A stretch of DNA of 64,000 bases from a bacterium (GTDB taxonomy: Bacteria > Electryoneota > Electryoneia > Electryoneales > Electryoneaceae): contig CAXXKJ010000002.1 of NCBI GenBank assembly GCA_963675295.2, positions 1,120,001 through 1,184,000 of the forward strand, written 5' to 3'. Below the pieces are notes generated by a model that searched no databases, was not told the DNA's origin, and saw nothing but the letters and a program-made list of their open reading frames with translations. Below are positions 20,168-28,267 of this stretch, piece by piece (positions within the stretch are counted from its first letter, which is position 1; each line of letters opens with the position of its first letter). Position numbers and translations under genes: made by a program.

Positions 20168-20713
20168 ATGATGGCGATCAAGATGCCATCCCAGGAGGAA
20201 GTGCAAAAGGCGCAGGAGCGGCAACGGCTGGAACAGGCTCGTGCCGCGGTCGATAAACTGCAGCAGGATATCGCCGGTGGCGCGGACGACGCGAACATCT
20301 GGTATTCGCTCGGGGTGGCGTTGCTCAACCTGAGTGAATTCGCGGCTGCGCGCGATGCGATGTTGAAGGCTGTTGAGCGGGATAAAAAATTCCTGCACGC
20401 GTGGACCAATCTTGCCGTCGCCCACTACGAACTGGGCGAATATCAGGAAGCGGCGGTGGTCTCGAAACGGGCGATGGAGATCCGGATGGGATTCCTGCCC
20501 GCGCGGATGAACCTGGGTATGGCGTCGTTGAAGCTCGGGCGGTTCAAGGAAGCGGAGACGCAGTTCCAGGCCATCCTCCAGGCCGAACCAGAGATGCCGA
20601 TGGCGTTGGCCGGAATGACGAAGGCGCTGGAAGGGTTGAATCGCAAGGACGAAGCTGCGCACTACAAGCTCCGCGCGATCCAGGCGGGTGTTTGTTTTGT
20701 CGAAGACAAATAA
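20168..20713 (+). CDS. Tetratricopeptide repeat protein within the dsr cluster
   Basis: 3-4 TPRs (WYSLG, AWTNLA, ARMNLG). Confidence 0.85.
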   Translation: MMAIKMPSQEEVQKAQERQRLEQARAAVDKLQQDIAGGADDANIWYSLGVALLNLSEFAAARDAMLKAVERDKKFLHAWTNLAVAHYELGEYQEAAVVSKRAMEIRMGFLPARMNLGMASLKLGRFKEAETQFQAILQAEPEMPMALAGMTKALEGLNRKDEAAHYKLRAIQAGVCFVEDK

Positions 20714-20945
20714 CCGAAGTGCCCGTGTTGCAGAAAATGTAGACGCGGATGCAGGCAAGGTGGCAAATGTGCCCCTGATGGCTTTGCCAGCAGGGTTGTT
20801 GGAAGGTCGGACGATCCCTGCGAACCGCCATACAGACGACGGGTCACAGGGGCATGGCGACAGGAAATGGCGGATGATCCCAGACATGAATGTCTGGGGC
20901 AAGAGTTCAATTCTGTCCATGATGTGTATTTGTGAAGGATAGAAC

Positions 20946-21530
20946 ATGTTGATCGAAATCCTGCGGGAGAAACGCGATAACCTGACCAAGGCGTGGCAGG
21001 ACTCGGTGCGGGACACGTATCCGAAAGGAAATCGGATCAAGTTCACGCAGCGGCCGCAGGAGTTCAACGATCCCATCGGCCATTTGCTCAACCGCGACCT
21101 GCCGGTGCTGGTAGACCTGTTGCTGGCCGGCGACATGGACAAGCCCGAGTTGCAGACGCATCTCGAGCCGCTCTGCCGTTTGCGGTCGGTGCAGGAGTTT
21201 TCCCCGGCCGAGGCGATGGGGTTTGTCTACGCGATGAAGAAGGTGGTGCGGGAGTCGTTGAGTGAGAGCGAGTTGAACGAACCGGGATTGCTGGCGGAAT
21301 TGCTGGCGTTCGAATCCCGGATCGACCGTCTCGCGATGTACGCGTTTGATTTGTATGTCAGCTGCCGGGAAGAGCTGTTCGAGTTACGGGCGAATGAAGC
21401 ACGCCGCCGCAGTGACTTGATCGTGCAGCACTTCGCGGAGCGTGGCAAGGAAGCCTTTACAGAACGGGTGGATCGTCCGGTGGGGGAGCAGCCGGCGGTC
21501 ACGAACGGACATGAAGGAGGCGAAGCATGA
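20946..21530 (+). CDS. dsrT: DsrT (RsbRD N-terminal domain protein)
   Basis: F.DPIG, RLRSVQEFSPAEA..F...K, AFDLYVSCRE; directly upstream of dsrM. Confidence 0.92.
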   Translation: MLIEILREKRDNLTKAWQDSVRDTYPKGNRIKFTQRPQEFNDPIGHLLNRDLPVLVDLLLAGDMDKPELQTHLEPLCRLRSVQEFSPAEAMGFVYAMKKVVRESLSESELNEPGLLAELLAFESRIDRLAMYAFDLYVSCREELFELRANEARRRSDLIVQHFAERGKEAFTERVDRPVGEQPAVTNGHEGGEA

Positions 21531-22549
21531 GACTCGGATTTGCGCTGATCGCAGTCCTGGTACTCATCGCGATCCCGTATTTCGGGGCAGGCATGGGTCT
21601 GGGGATGCTGTTCGGCGTAATAATCCCGTACCTCGCGTTGGCGATCTTCATTCTGGGCTTCGTGGTGAAAGTGATGGGTTGGGCATCGTTGCCGGTGCCG
21701 TTCCGGATCACGACCACGACAGGCCAGGCGAAGTCGTTGCCGTGGGTCAAGCGGGATCCGCTGGAAAGCCCGTACAACGGGTGGGAGACGTTCTGGCGGA
21801 TGTTCACGGAAATCGTCTTCTTCCGCAGTTTGTTCCGCAACACGAAAGCGGAGCTGAAGGAAGGGCGAGTGGTGCAGGGGTCGACCAAGTTCTTGTGGGC
21901 GGCCGGGATTGTGTTCCACTACAGTTTCCTCGTGATCATCCTCCGTCATGTGAATTATTTCGTGACGCCAACCCCCGAATTTGTGACGTGGTTGCAATTC
22001 GTGGACGGGTTCTTCCAGATCGGGCTGCCGATTTTGTACCTGACGGACATTTTCTTCGTCCTCGGAGTCGGCTACCTGTTCCTGCGCCGTGTCGGGATTC
22101 CGCAGATGCGTTACCTGTCGCTCGCCAGTGACTACTTCCCGTTGTTCCTGCTGCTGGCGATCGGGTTGACCGGAATGGGCATGCGTTACCTCTGGAAGGT
22201 GGACATCGTCGGGGTCAAGGAGCTGGCGGTTGGGTTGTTCAGCTTCCACCCGGTGGTTCCGGAAGGGGTCGGCCCGTTGTTCTTCACGCACCTGTTCCTC
22301 GTCAGCTTCCTGATCGCGTACTTCCCGTTCAGCAAGCTGATGCACATGGGCGGTGCATTCCTCACGCCGACGCGCAACATGCCGAACAACACGCGTGCTG
22401 TGCGCCACGTGAACCCGTGGGATTATGACGTCAAGGTTCACACGTACGAGGAATACGAAGACGAGTTCCGTCCGGTGATGAAGGCTGCCGGACTGCCGTT
22501 GGACCGTGACCCGGAAGGGGCCGCAAAGCCGGAGGACGCCAATGGCTGA
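21527..22549 (+). CDS. dsrM: DsrM cytochrome b membrane subunit
   Basis: PVPFRI.TT.GQ, FFRSLFRNT, FHYSF...RH, PFSKLMH, PTRN. Confidence 0.96.
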   Translation: MRLGFALIAVLVLIAIPYFGAGMGLGMLFGVIIPYLALAIFILGFVVKVMGWASLPVPFRITTTTGQAKSLPWVKRDPLESPYNGWETFWRMFTEIVFFRSLFRNTKAELKEGRVVQGSTKFLWAAGIVFHYSFLVIILRHVNYFVTPTPEFVTWLQFVDGFFQIGLPILYLTDIFFVLGVGYLFLRRVGIPQMRYLSLASDYFPLFLLLAIGLTGMGMRYLWKVDIVGVKELAVGLFSFHPVVPEGVGPLFFTHLFLVSFLIAYFPFSKLMHMGGAFLTPTRNMPNNTRAVRHVNPWDYDVKVHTYEEYEDEFRPVMKAAGLPLDRDPEGAAKPEDANG

Positions 22550-24221
22550 GAAACTGAAACCGGATGCGCTGTTCAACGTCGATTATTCACCTCCGAAAAA
22601 GGGGTGGATGGATACGACCGCCATCGACTTCAACGCGACGAAGGGCAACTGGAACTTCGCCGCGACGCCGGAGTCGATGGAGTATCTCGACATGCCGAAC
22701 GTGCGCAAGTGGCAACCGTACGAGGATGACTGGAAGCTTCCGCCTGACTGGCAGCGGATCCTGTTCGAGGGATTCAAAAAGCGGCTGAAGAAGTTCCGTA
22801 GCCTTAAGGTGTTCATGGACATCTGCGTCCGTTGCGGCGCCTGTGCGGACAAGTGCCACTTCTACATCGGTTCGGGCGATCCGAAGAACATGCCGGTGCT
22901 GCGTGCGGAACTGATGCGCAGCATCTACCGCAACGACTTCACGATGTTCGGCAAGGTGTTCGGCAAGATGGTCGGCGGCCGCAAGATGACGATGGATGTG
23001 CTGAAGGAGTGGTTCTACTACTTCTACCAGTGCACCGAGTGCCGCCGCTGCAGTGTCTTCTGCCCGTACGGCATCGACACGGCCGAGATCACGATGATCG
23101 CGCGCGAGTTGATGTGGGAAATCGGTGTCGGCATCGACTGGATCAACACGCCGGCGGCGAACTGCTTCCGCACCGGCAACCACCTCGGCATCCAGCCGCA
23201 CGGTGTGGTCGACAGCATCGAGTTCGCGGCGGATGAAGTCGAGGAAATCACCGGCATCATGCCGGAGTATTCGTTTAACCGCAAGGGCGCGGAAGTGTTG
23301 TTTATCGCGCCGTCCGCGGACTACTTCGCCAGCCCGCACTACTACACGCTGCTCGGCTACCTGATGCTGTTCCACGAAATCGGGCTCGATTACACGTGGA
23401 GCACGTACGCGTCGGAAGGCGGCAACTTCGGCCTCTTCCACAGCCACGAGATGATGAAGCGGCTGAACGCGAAGATGTACATGGAAGCGGAACGGCTTGG
23501 GGTCAAGTGGATCCTCGGTGGTGAGTGCGGCCACATGTGGCGCGTGATTCACCAGTATATGGCGACGTTGCAGAAGCCGGCCAACTTCCTCGAGGTGCCG
23601 AAGTCGCCGATCACGGGTACGGTGTTCGAGAACGCGAAGTCGACCAAGATGGTCCACATCGCGGAATTTACCGCCGATCTGATTCAGCACAACAAGATCA
23701 AGCTCGACCCGGCGCGGAATGATCACTGGGTGCCGACGTACCACGATTCGTGCAACCCGGCGCGCGGGATGGGTCTGCTCGAGGAACCGCGCCAGGTGAT
23801 TCACGCCTGCTGCAACAACTTCCACGAGATGCCGGAGAATACGATCCGTGAGCAGACTTTCTGCTGTGGGTCCGGCGCCGGCCTCGGCACGGAAGAAAAC
23901 CTCGAGATGCGCATGCGCGGCGGTCTGCCGCGTGGCAGCGCGGTGAAGTATGTCAAGGACAAGTTCGGGGCGAACATACTGCTGTGCATGTGCGCGATTG
24001 ACAAGGCGACGCTGCCGGCGGTGATGGACTTCTGGGCGCCGGGCACGGAGGTTGGCGGTGTGCACGAAATGGTCGGCAACGCGCTGATCATGACGGGCGA
24101 AAAGCACCGTGACACCGACCTGCGCGGCGAGGAATACCCGATTGTCGATTCCCAGGCTCACCTCGCTCCTCCTCCGGAAGAAGAGGAAGCGGTAGCGCAG
24201 GAGGACAAGGCCGATGCGTGA
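22542..24221 (+). CDS. dsrK: DsrK Fe-S catalytic subunit
   Basis: CVRCGACADKC, CTECRRCSVFCP, GECGH, HDSCN, CCGSG. Confidence 0.97.
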   Translation: MAEKLKPDALFNVDYSPPKKGWMDTTAIDFNATKGNWNFAATPESMEYLDMPNVRKWQPYEDDWKLPPDWQRILFEGFKKRLKKFRSLKVFMDICVRCGACADKCHFYIGSGDPKNMPVLRAELMRSIYRNDFTMFGKVFGKMVGGRKMTMDVLKEWFYYFYQCTECRRCSVFCPYGIDTAEITMIARELMWEIGVGIDWINTPAANCFRTGNHLGIQPHGVVDSIEFAADEVEEITGIMPEYSFNRKGAEVLFIAPSADYFASPHYYTLLGYLMLFHEIGLDYTWSTYASEGGNFGLFHSHEMMKRLNAKMYMEAERLGVKWILGGECGHMWRVIHQYMATLQKPANFLEVPKSPITGTVFENAKSTKMVHIAEFTADLIQHNKIKLDPARNDHWVPTYHDSCNPARGMGLLEEPRQVIHACCNNFHEMPENTIREQTFCCGSGAGLGTEENLEMRMRGGLPRGSAVKYVKDKFGANILLCMCAIDKATLPAVMDFWAPGTEVGGVHEMVGNALIMTGEKHRDTDLRGEEYPIVDSQAHLAPPPEEEEAVAQEDKADA

Positions 24222-24621
24222 CATGCCGAAAATCCTGCTCGGGCTGATCATTTTCGTGCTGCTGGCACTGTTCCCGGTGATCTACAATGCGATCACGGCG
24301 GATGCCGGCACGCCGCCTGACCTGGTGATTCAAACAGAAAACATTCCCGGCAAGTCCGAATGTGTCATCCCCGGTGAGGAGATGCGCAGCAAGCATATGG
24401 AAATGCTGATGGAGTGGCGCAACGACGTCGTCCGTCTCGATGATCGCTACTACCATGACGACCACGGCCGCACGTTCGAAAAGAGCTTGACGAACACCTG
24501 TCTCGACTGCCACTCGAATAAGGACACGTTCTGCGACCGTTGCCACACGTACATGGACGTCGATCCCTATTGCTGGGATTGCCACGTGGTCCCGCAGGAT
24601 CTGGAAGGAGGGACACGATGA
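24214..24621 (+). CDS. dsrJ: DsrJ triheme cytochrome c
   Basis: CLDCH, CDRCH, CWDCH; MR..HM..L..WR. Confidence 0.95.
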   Translation: MRDMPKILLGLIIFVLLALFPVIYNAITADAGTPPDLVIQTENIPGKSECVIPGEEMRSKHMEMLMEWRNDVVRLDDRYYHDDHGRTFEKSLTNTCLDCHSNKDTFCDRCHTYMDVDPYCWDCHVVPQDLEGGTR

Positions 24622-25472
24622 TCATTGACCGCAGAAAATTCGTGCGTGCGGCGGGTCTGGGCGTGTTGGCGACCGCTGCCGCTCCCGCCACGAAGTTGCT
24701 GGCGGAAGAGCATCTCGAGATGCAGCCGTCCGACGGCGACATGCCGCTGAAGCAGCCGAAGCCGTTGACCGCGAAGCGTTGGGCGATGGTTGTGGATACG
24801 CGCAAGGCGACGCCGGAGAACGTGCAGAAGGCGATTCACGCCTGCCATCACGAGCACAACGTGCCCGAGTTCGACAACTCGAAGGATGAGATCAAGTGGA
24901 TCTGGTCGGAACATTTCGACCACGCGTTCCACGAACAGGATCTGCATTACATCCCGGAGCATACCAAGCACACGCCGACGTTGCTGCTGTGCAACCACTG
25001 CGATAACCCGCCGTGTGTGCGGGTCTGTCCGACGGAAGCGACGTGGAAACGTGAAGAGGACGGCCTCGTGATGATGGACTGGCACCGTTGCATCGGCTGC
25101 CGGTACTGCATGGTTGCGTGTCCGTATGGTTCACGTTCCTTCAACTTCCGCAACCCGCGTGAGTTCATCGACGAAATCAACCCGGGCTATCCGACACGGA
25201 TGCGCGGTGTGGTCGAGAAGTGCACGTTCTGCGAGGAACGGCTGGCGCGTGGCAAGATGCCGGCCTGTGTCGAAGCGACGCAGGACTGCGGGATGATCAC
25301 CTTTGGCGACCTTGAAGATCCGAACAGCGACGTCAGCAAACTCGTCCACAAGCACTTCAGCATCCGCCGCAAGCCGGGTCTCGGCACGCAGCCGGAAGTC
25401 TATTACATCGTCCCCGAGGATCCGGAAGAACACGACGAACCCACCATGCACGGTGAGGAGGAGCACTCATGA
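24618..25472 (+). CDS. dsrO: DsrO Tat-exported ferredoxin subunit
   Basis: RRKF Tat motif; CNHCDNPPCVRVCP, CIGCRYCMVACPY, EKCTFC. Confidence 0.95.
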   Translation: MIIDRRKFVRAAGLGVLATAAAPATKLLAEEHLEMQPSDGDMPLKQPKPLTAKRWAMVVDTRKATPENVQKAIHACHHEHNVPEFDNSKDEIKWIWSEHFDHAFHEQDLHYIPEHTKHTPTLLLCNHCDNPPCVRVCPTEATWKREEDGLVMMDWHRCIGCRYCMVACPYGSRSFNFRNPREFIDEINPGYPTRMRGVVEKCTFCEERLARGKMPACVEATQDCGMITFGDLEDPNSDVSKLVHKHFSIRRKPGLGTQPEVYYIVPEDPEEHDEPTMHGEEEHS

Positions 25473-26626
25473 TTGAGAACGCTCTGAAAGGTGGCAAAGG
25501 CTACTGGACCTGGATTGTCATTCTGCTCGCCATCATCGGTATCGGTGCGTTGGCGTGGGTGCGCCAGTTCACGGTCGGCTTGACGACGACCGGCCTGTCG
25601 CGTGATGTGACCTGGGGTTTCTACATCGCCCAGTTCACGTTCCTCGTCGGTGTCGCGGCGTCCGCGGTGATGGTCGTGCTGCCGTACTACCTTCACAACT
25701 ACAAGGAATTCGGCAAGCTGACGGTGCTCGGCGAATTCCTCGCGGTGGCAGCCTGCATCATGTGCATGTGCTTCATTTTCGTCGACATGGGCATGCCGAT
25801 CCGGATTCCGAACGTGTTCATCTACGCGTCCCCGCACTCGATGATGTTCTGGGACACGGTGGTGCTGTTCGGCTACCTGCTGCTGAACATTCTGATCAGT
25901 CGGGTGACGTTCCAGGCGGAACGCAAGGGGATCAAGTACGGCAAGTGGATCAAGCCGTTCATCATCCTTTCGATTCCGTGGGCAGTCAGCATTCACACGG
26001 TGACGGCGTTCCTGTACAGCGGTCTGGCGGCGCGTCCGTTCTGGCTGACGGCTGTGATGGCACCGCGCTTCCTGGCGACGGCATTCGCGGCGGGTCCGGC
26101 GTTGCTGATCCTGATCATCCTGCTCGTGCGCAAGATGGGAACGTTCGACGCCGGCAAGAAGGCGATTGGCCAGCTGTCGATCATCGTGACGTACGCGATG
26201 GCGGCGAATGTGTTCTTCGTGCTGATGGAGGTCTTCACGGCGGCGTACAGCGACATGCCGGAACATCTCAACCACTTCAAGTTCCTCTACCTCGGCCTGG
26301 ATGGAAACACGACGCTGGTGCCGTGGATGTGGGCGTCGTCGATCCTCGCGGTGATTTCGTTGATCCTGCTGTTCAACCCGAAGACACGCAACAACTTCGC
26401 GTTGCTCGGTTGGGCGTGCGTGATGGTGTTCTTCTCGATCTGGATCGACAAGGGCATGGGCATGGTGGTGACCGGTTTCACGCCGAGTGTGCTTGGTGAC
26501 GTGGTCGCGTATGTGCCGACGCTGAACGAGCTGGCGATTTCGCTGGCAATTTACGCCGGCGGCGCGTTAATCGTGACGCTGCTGTACAAGGTTGCGCTGG
26601 ACACGCGCGCACGCATGGCGGCGTAG
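25469..26626 (+). CDS. dsrP: DsrP NrfD-family membrane subunit
   Basis: WGFYIAQFTFLVGVAASAV, SIPWAVSIHTVTAF, APRFLATAF. Confidence 0.96.
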   Translation: MIENALKGGKGYWTWIVILLAIIGIGALAWVRQFTVGLTTTGLSRDVTWGFYIAQFTFLVGVAASAVMVVLPYYLHNYKEFGKLTVLGEFLAVAACIMCMCFIFVDMGMPIRIPNVFIYASPHSMMFWDTVVLFGYLLLNILISRVTFQAERKGIKYGKWIKPFIILSIPWAVSIHTVTAFLYSGLAARPFWLTAVMAPRFLATAFAAGPALLILIILLVRKMGTFDAGKKAIGQLSIIVTYAMAANVFFVLMEVFTAAYSDMPEHLNHFKFLYLGLDGNTTLVPWMWASSILAVISLILLFNPKTRNNFALLGWACVMVFFSIWIDKGMGMVVTGFTPSVLGDVVAYVPTLNELAISLAIYAGGALIVTLLYKVALDTRARMAA

Positions 26627-26650
26627 GTCCTACCAAATACGCACAACAAT

Positions 26651-26684
26651 GCGGGGCACTTTCGTCGAAAGTGCCCCGCTTTTC
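26651..26684 (+). terminator. Intrinsic terminator of the dsr operon
   Basis: GCGGGGCACTTTCG-t-CGAAAGTGCCCCGC followed by TTTT. Confidence 0.85.
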
Positions 26685-26730
26685 GTTGACTCAATTCGTG
26701 AACCACTACAAGTGTGAAAGCTTGTGAGGG

Positions 26731-26844
26731 TTACTTCACCAGCGTCACCCGTCGGCTGGAAGTGACCCCGTTGTCGTTAACGGCGCGGACGAAGTACATC
26801 CCGGACGCCAGCCCAGTCGCGTTCAGGTTGAACTGGCGCTGGCC
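26731..26844 (-). pseudogene. Orphan T9SS C-terminal sorting domain fragment
   Basis: Hand translation GQRQFNLNATGLASGMYFVRAVNDNGVTSSRRVTLVK*; no gene body upstream. Confidence 0.7.
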
Positions 26845-26984
26845 CCATTCTCCCGGAGAAGCGTTCCCCCGGATTTGGAGACGGGGTCGCTTTACCCTCA
26901 AGTTAGCCCGTTCGGAGCTGTATCTTTCCGGTCGGAGTTTGTCTGTTTGAACGGGACACGTTTCACCTCGAAGCCGAGGCTTGG

Positions 26985-28115
26985 ATGAACAGGATTTTGC
27001 GTCAACGTATCTCCCAGGTGTTATCGGGATTGCTGATACTGGTGGTGATGCTCGGCATGGCTGCCTGCGAGTACAGTGGGGACGGAGTGGTCAAGGTTGA
27101 ATTCGGCGACAGCTCGCTCTTCAACCAGGAATCACCGGATGATTCGGTGTTTACCGACACCCTGAGGCTCGCAACGTTTGACACCTTGTGGCAGCGCGTG
27201 TTTGACAACTACGCCTACATCGAAGGCCGGGAAGATGACTGGCAGCTGGCCTACGACGACTATGTTGAACAAGTCCTGACCTCGCTGAATGTGCGCGACT
27301 TCCGCGGCTTGCTGATGAGCATGATGGGCGAACTGCAGGACGAGAATTTCGGTCTTGCCGACTCCACCGGGGACGCGTTCTCTGCGTATGACGGCGAGCG
27401 CGAGGTCAACTGGCGTATCGGCGCATGGGAAACCACGGTCGATGTTATTGACTATGAAAGCGTTGATGGCTGGGGCTGGGCACGGGCCGACACGGTTGGC
27501 TACTTGTACCTCAAGAACCTCACCCCGGAAACGTTCCTCGCTGAGGATTTCGACGCGGTGATGGACAGCCTCGCGGGGATGAAGGCGATTCTCTGCGACA
27601 TACGTTCGTGCGGCACGCCGGTGACCTCGATGACCGAAGATGTTGTCGATATGGCAGGGACCTACCTGCTCGGTGAGACGGTGATCAGTCGTTTCATCAC
27701 CGAGCCGCTGCCGGTTCTGACCAGCTATACGAATGAGGATACTGAGCTCGACACGATTACCGTTGAACCGCGCGGCGACTGGCAGTTTACCGGGCCGGTA
27801 ATCATCCTTATGGGCGAGGGTACACTGAATGAAGGCGAACTGTTTGCTCGGGCAATGAGCGAGCGGGAAAATGTGCACCTGATCGGCGATCCGACCCCAG
27901 GTCAGGTTGGTGTGACCCGGTTCTATCCATTGTCCTCCGTGTCCGACTACGCGATCCCGGTTGTCGGTTTCACGAACTTGCTTGGCGCACAGCTGCAGCA
28001 TCTCAGCCTCGCACCGGAGTTCATCATCGACTGGGCGCCGGACAGTTTCAACAACCGCGATAACGTGCTGCTGGATGCGTTCGTCTGGACGGACGACTTC
28101 CTCAGCGGGGAGTAG
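26985..28115 (+). CDS. S41 peptidase-like lipoprotein (likely catalytically degenerate)
   Basis: Lipobox MAAC; FDTLW..FDNYAY; VGYLYL; CDIRSCG; GPVIILMGEGTLNEGELF; IGDPTPG. Confidence 0.75.
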   Translation: MNRILRQRISQVLSGLLILVVMLGMAACEYSGDGVVKVEFGDSSLFNQESPDDSVFTDTLRLATFDTLWQRVFDNYAYIEGREDDWQLAYDDYVEQVLTSLNVRDFRGLLMSMMGELQDENFGLADSTGDAFSAYDGEREVNWRIGAWETTVDVIDYESVDGWGWARADTVGYLYLKNLTPETFLAEDFDAVMDSLAGMKAILCDIRSCGTPVTSMTEDVVDMAGTYLLGETVISRFITEPLPVLTSYTNEDTELDTITVEPRGDWQFTGPVIILMGEGTLNEGELFARAMSERENVHLIGDPTPGQVGVTRFYPLSSVSDYAIPVVGFTNLLGAQLQHLSLAPEFIIDWAPDSFNNRDNVLLDAFVWTDDFLSGE

Positions 28116-28143
28116 TACCCGCCGACGGTTTCCAAGAATGTTC

Positions 28144-28169
28144 ACCCCGGTCAGCCTGGCCGGGGTTTT
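28144..28169 (+). terminator. Intrinsic terminator
   Basis: ACCCCGGTCAG-c-CTGGCCGGGGT-TTT. Confidence 0.65.
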
Positions 28170-28267
28170 CTCATGCCCTGACCTCCCGGAGCGGAACGGA
28201 TCAAGCGAGATGTAAGGGTTTGTACCTTCCATCACAACTTGATGTGACCAGCCAGGGGGACTCTGCG

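Noticed and set aside
14894-24251. Long antisense ORFs (e.g. 14894-16321, 16434-18239, 19469-21142, 22587-24251)
   Set aside because: Shadow frames of GC-rich dsr genes with no recognisable motifs; the same applies to 31724-33871 opposite ppdK.
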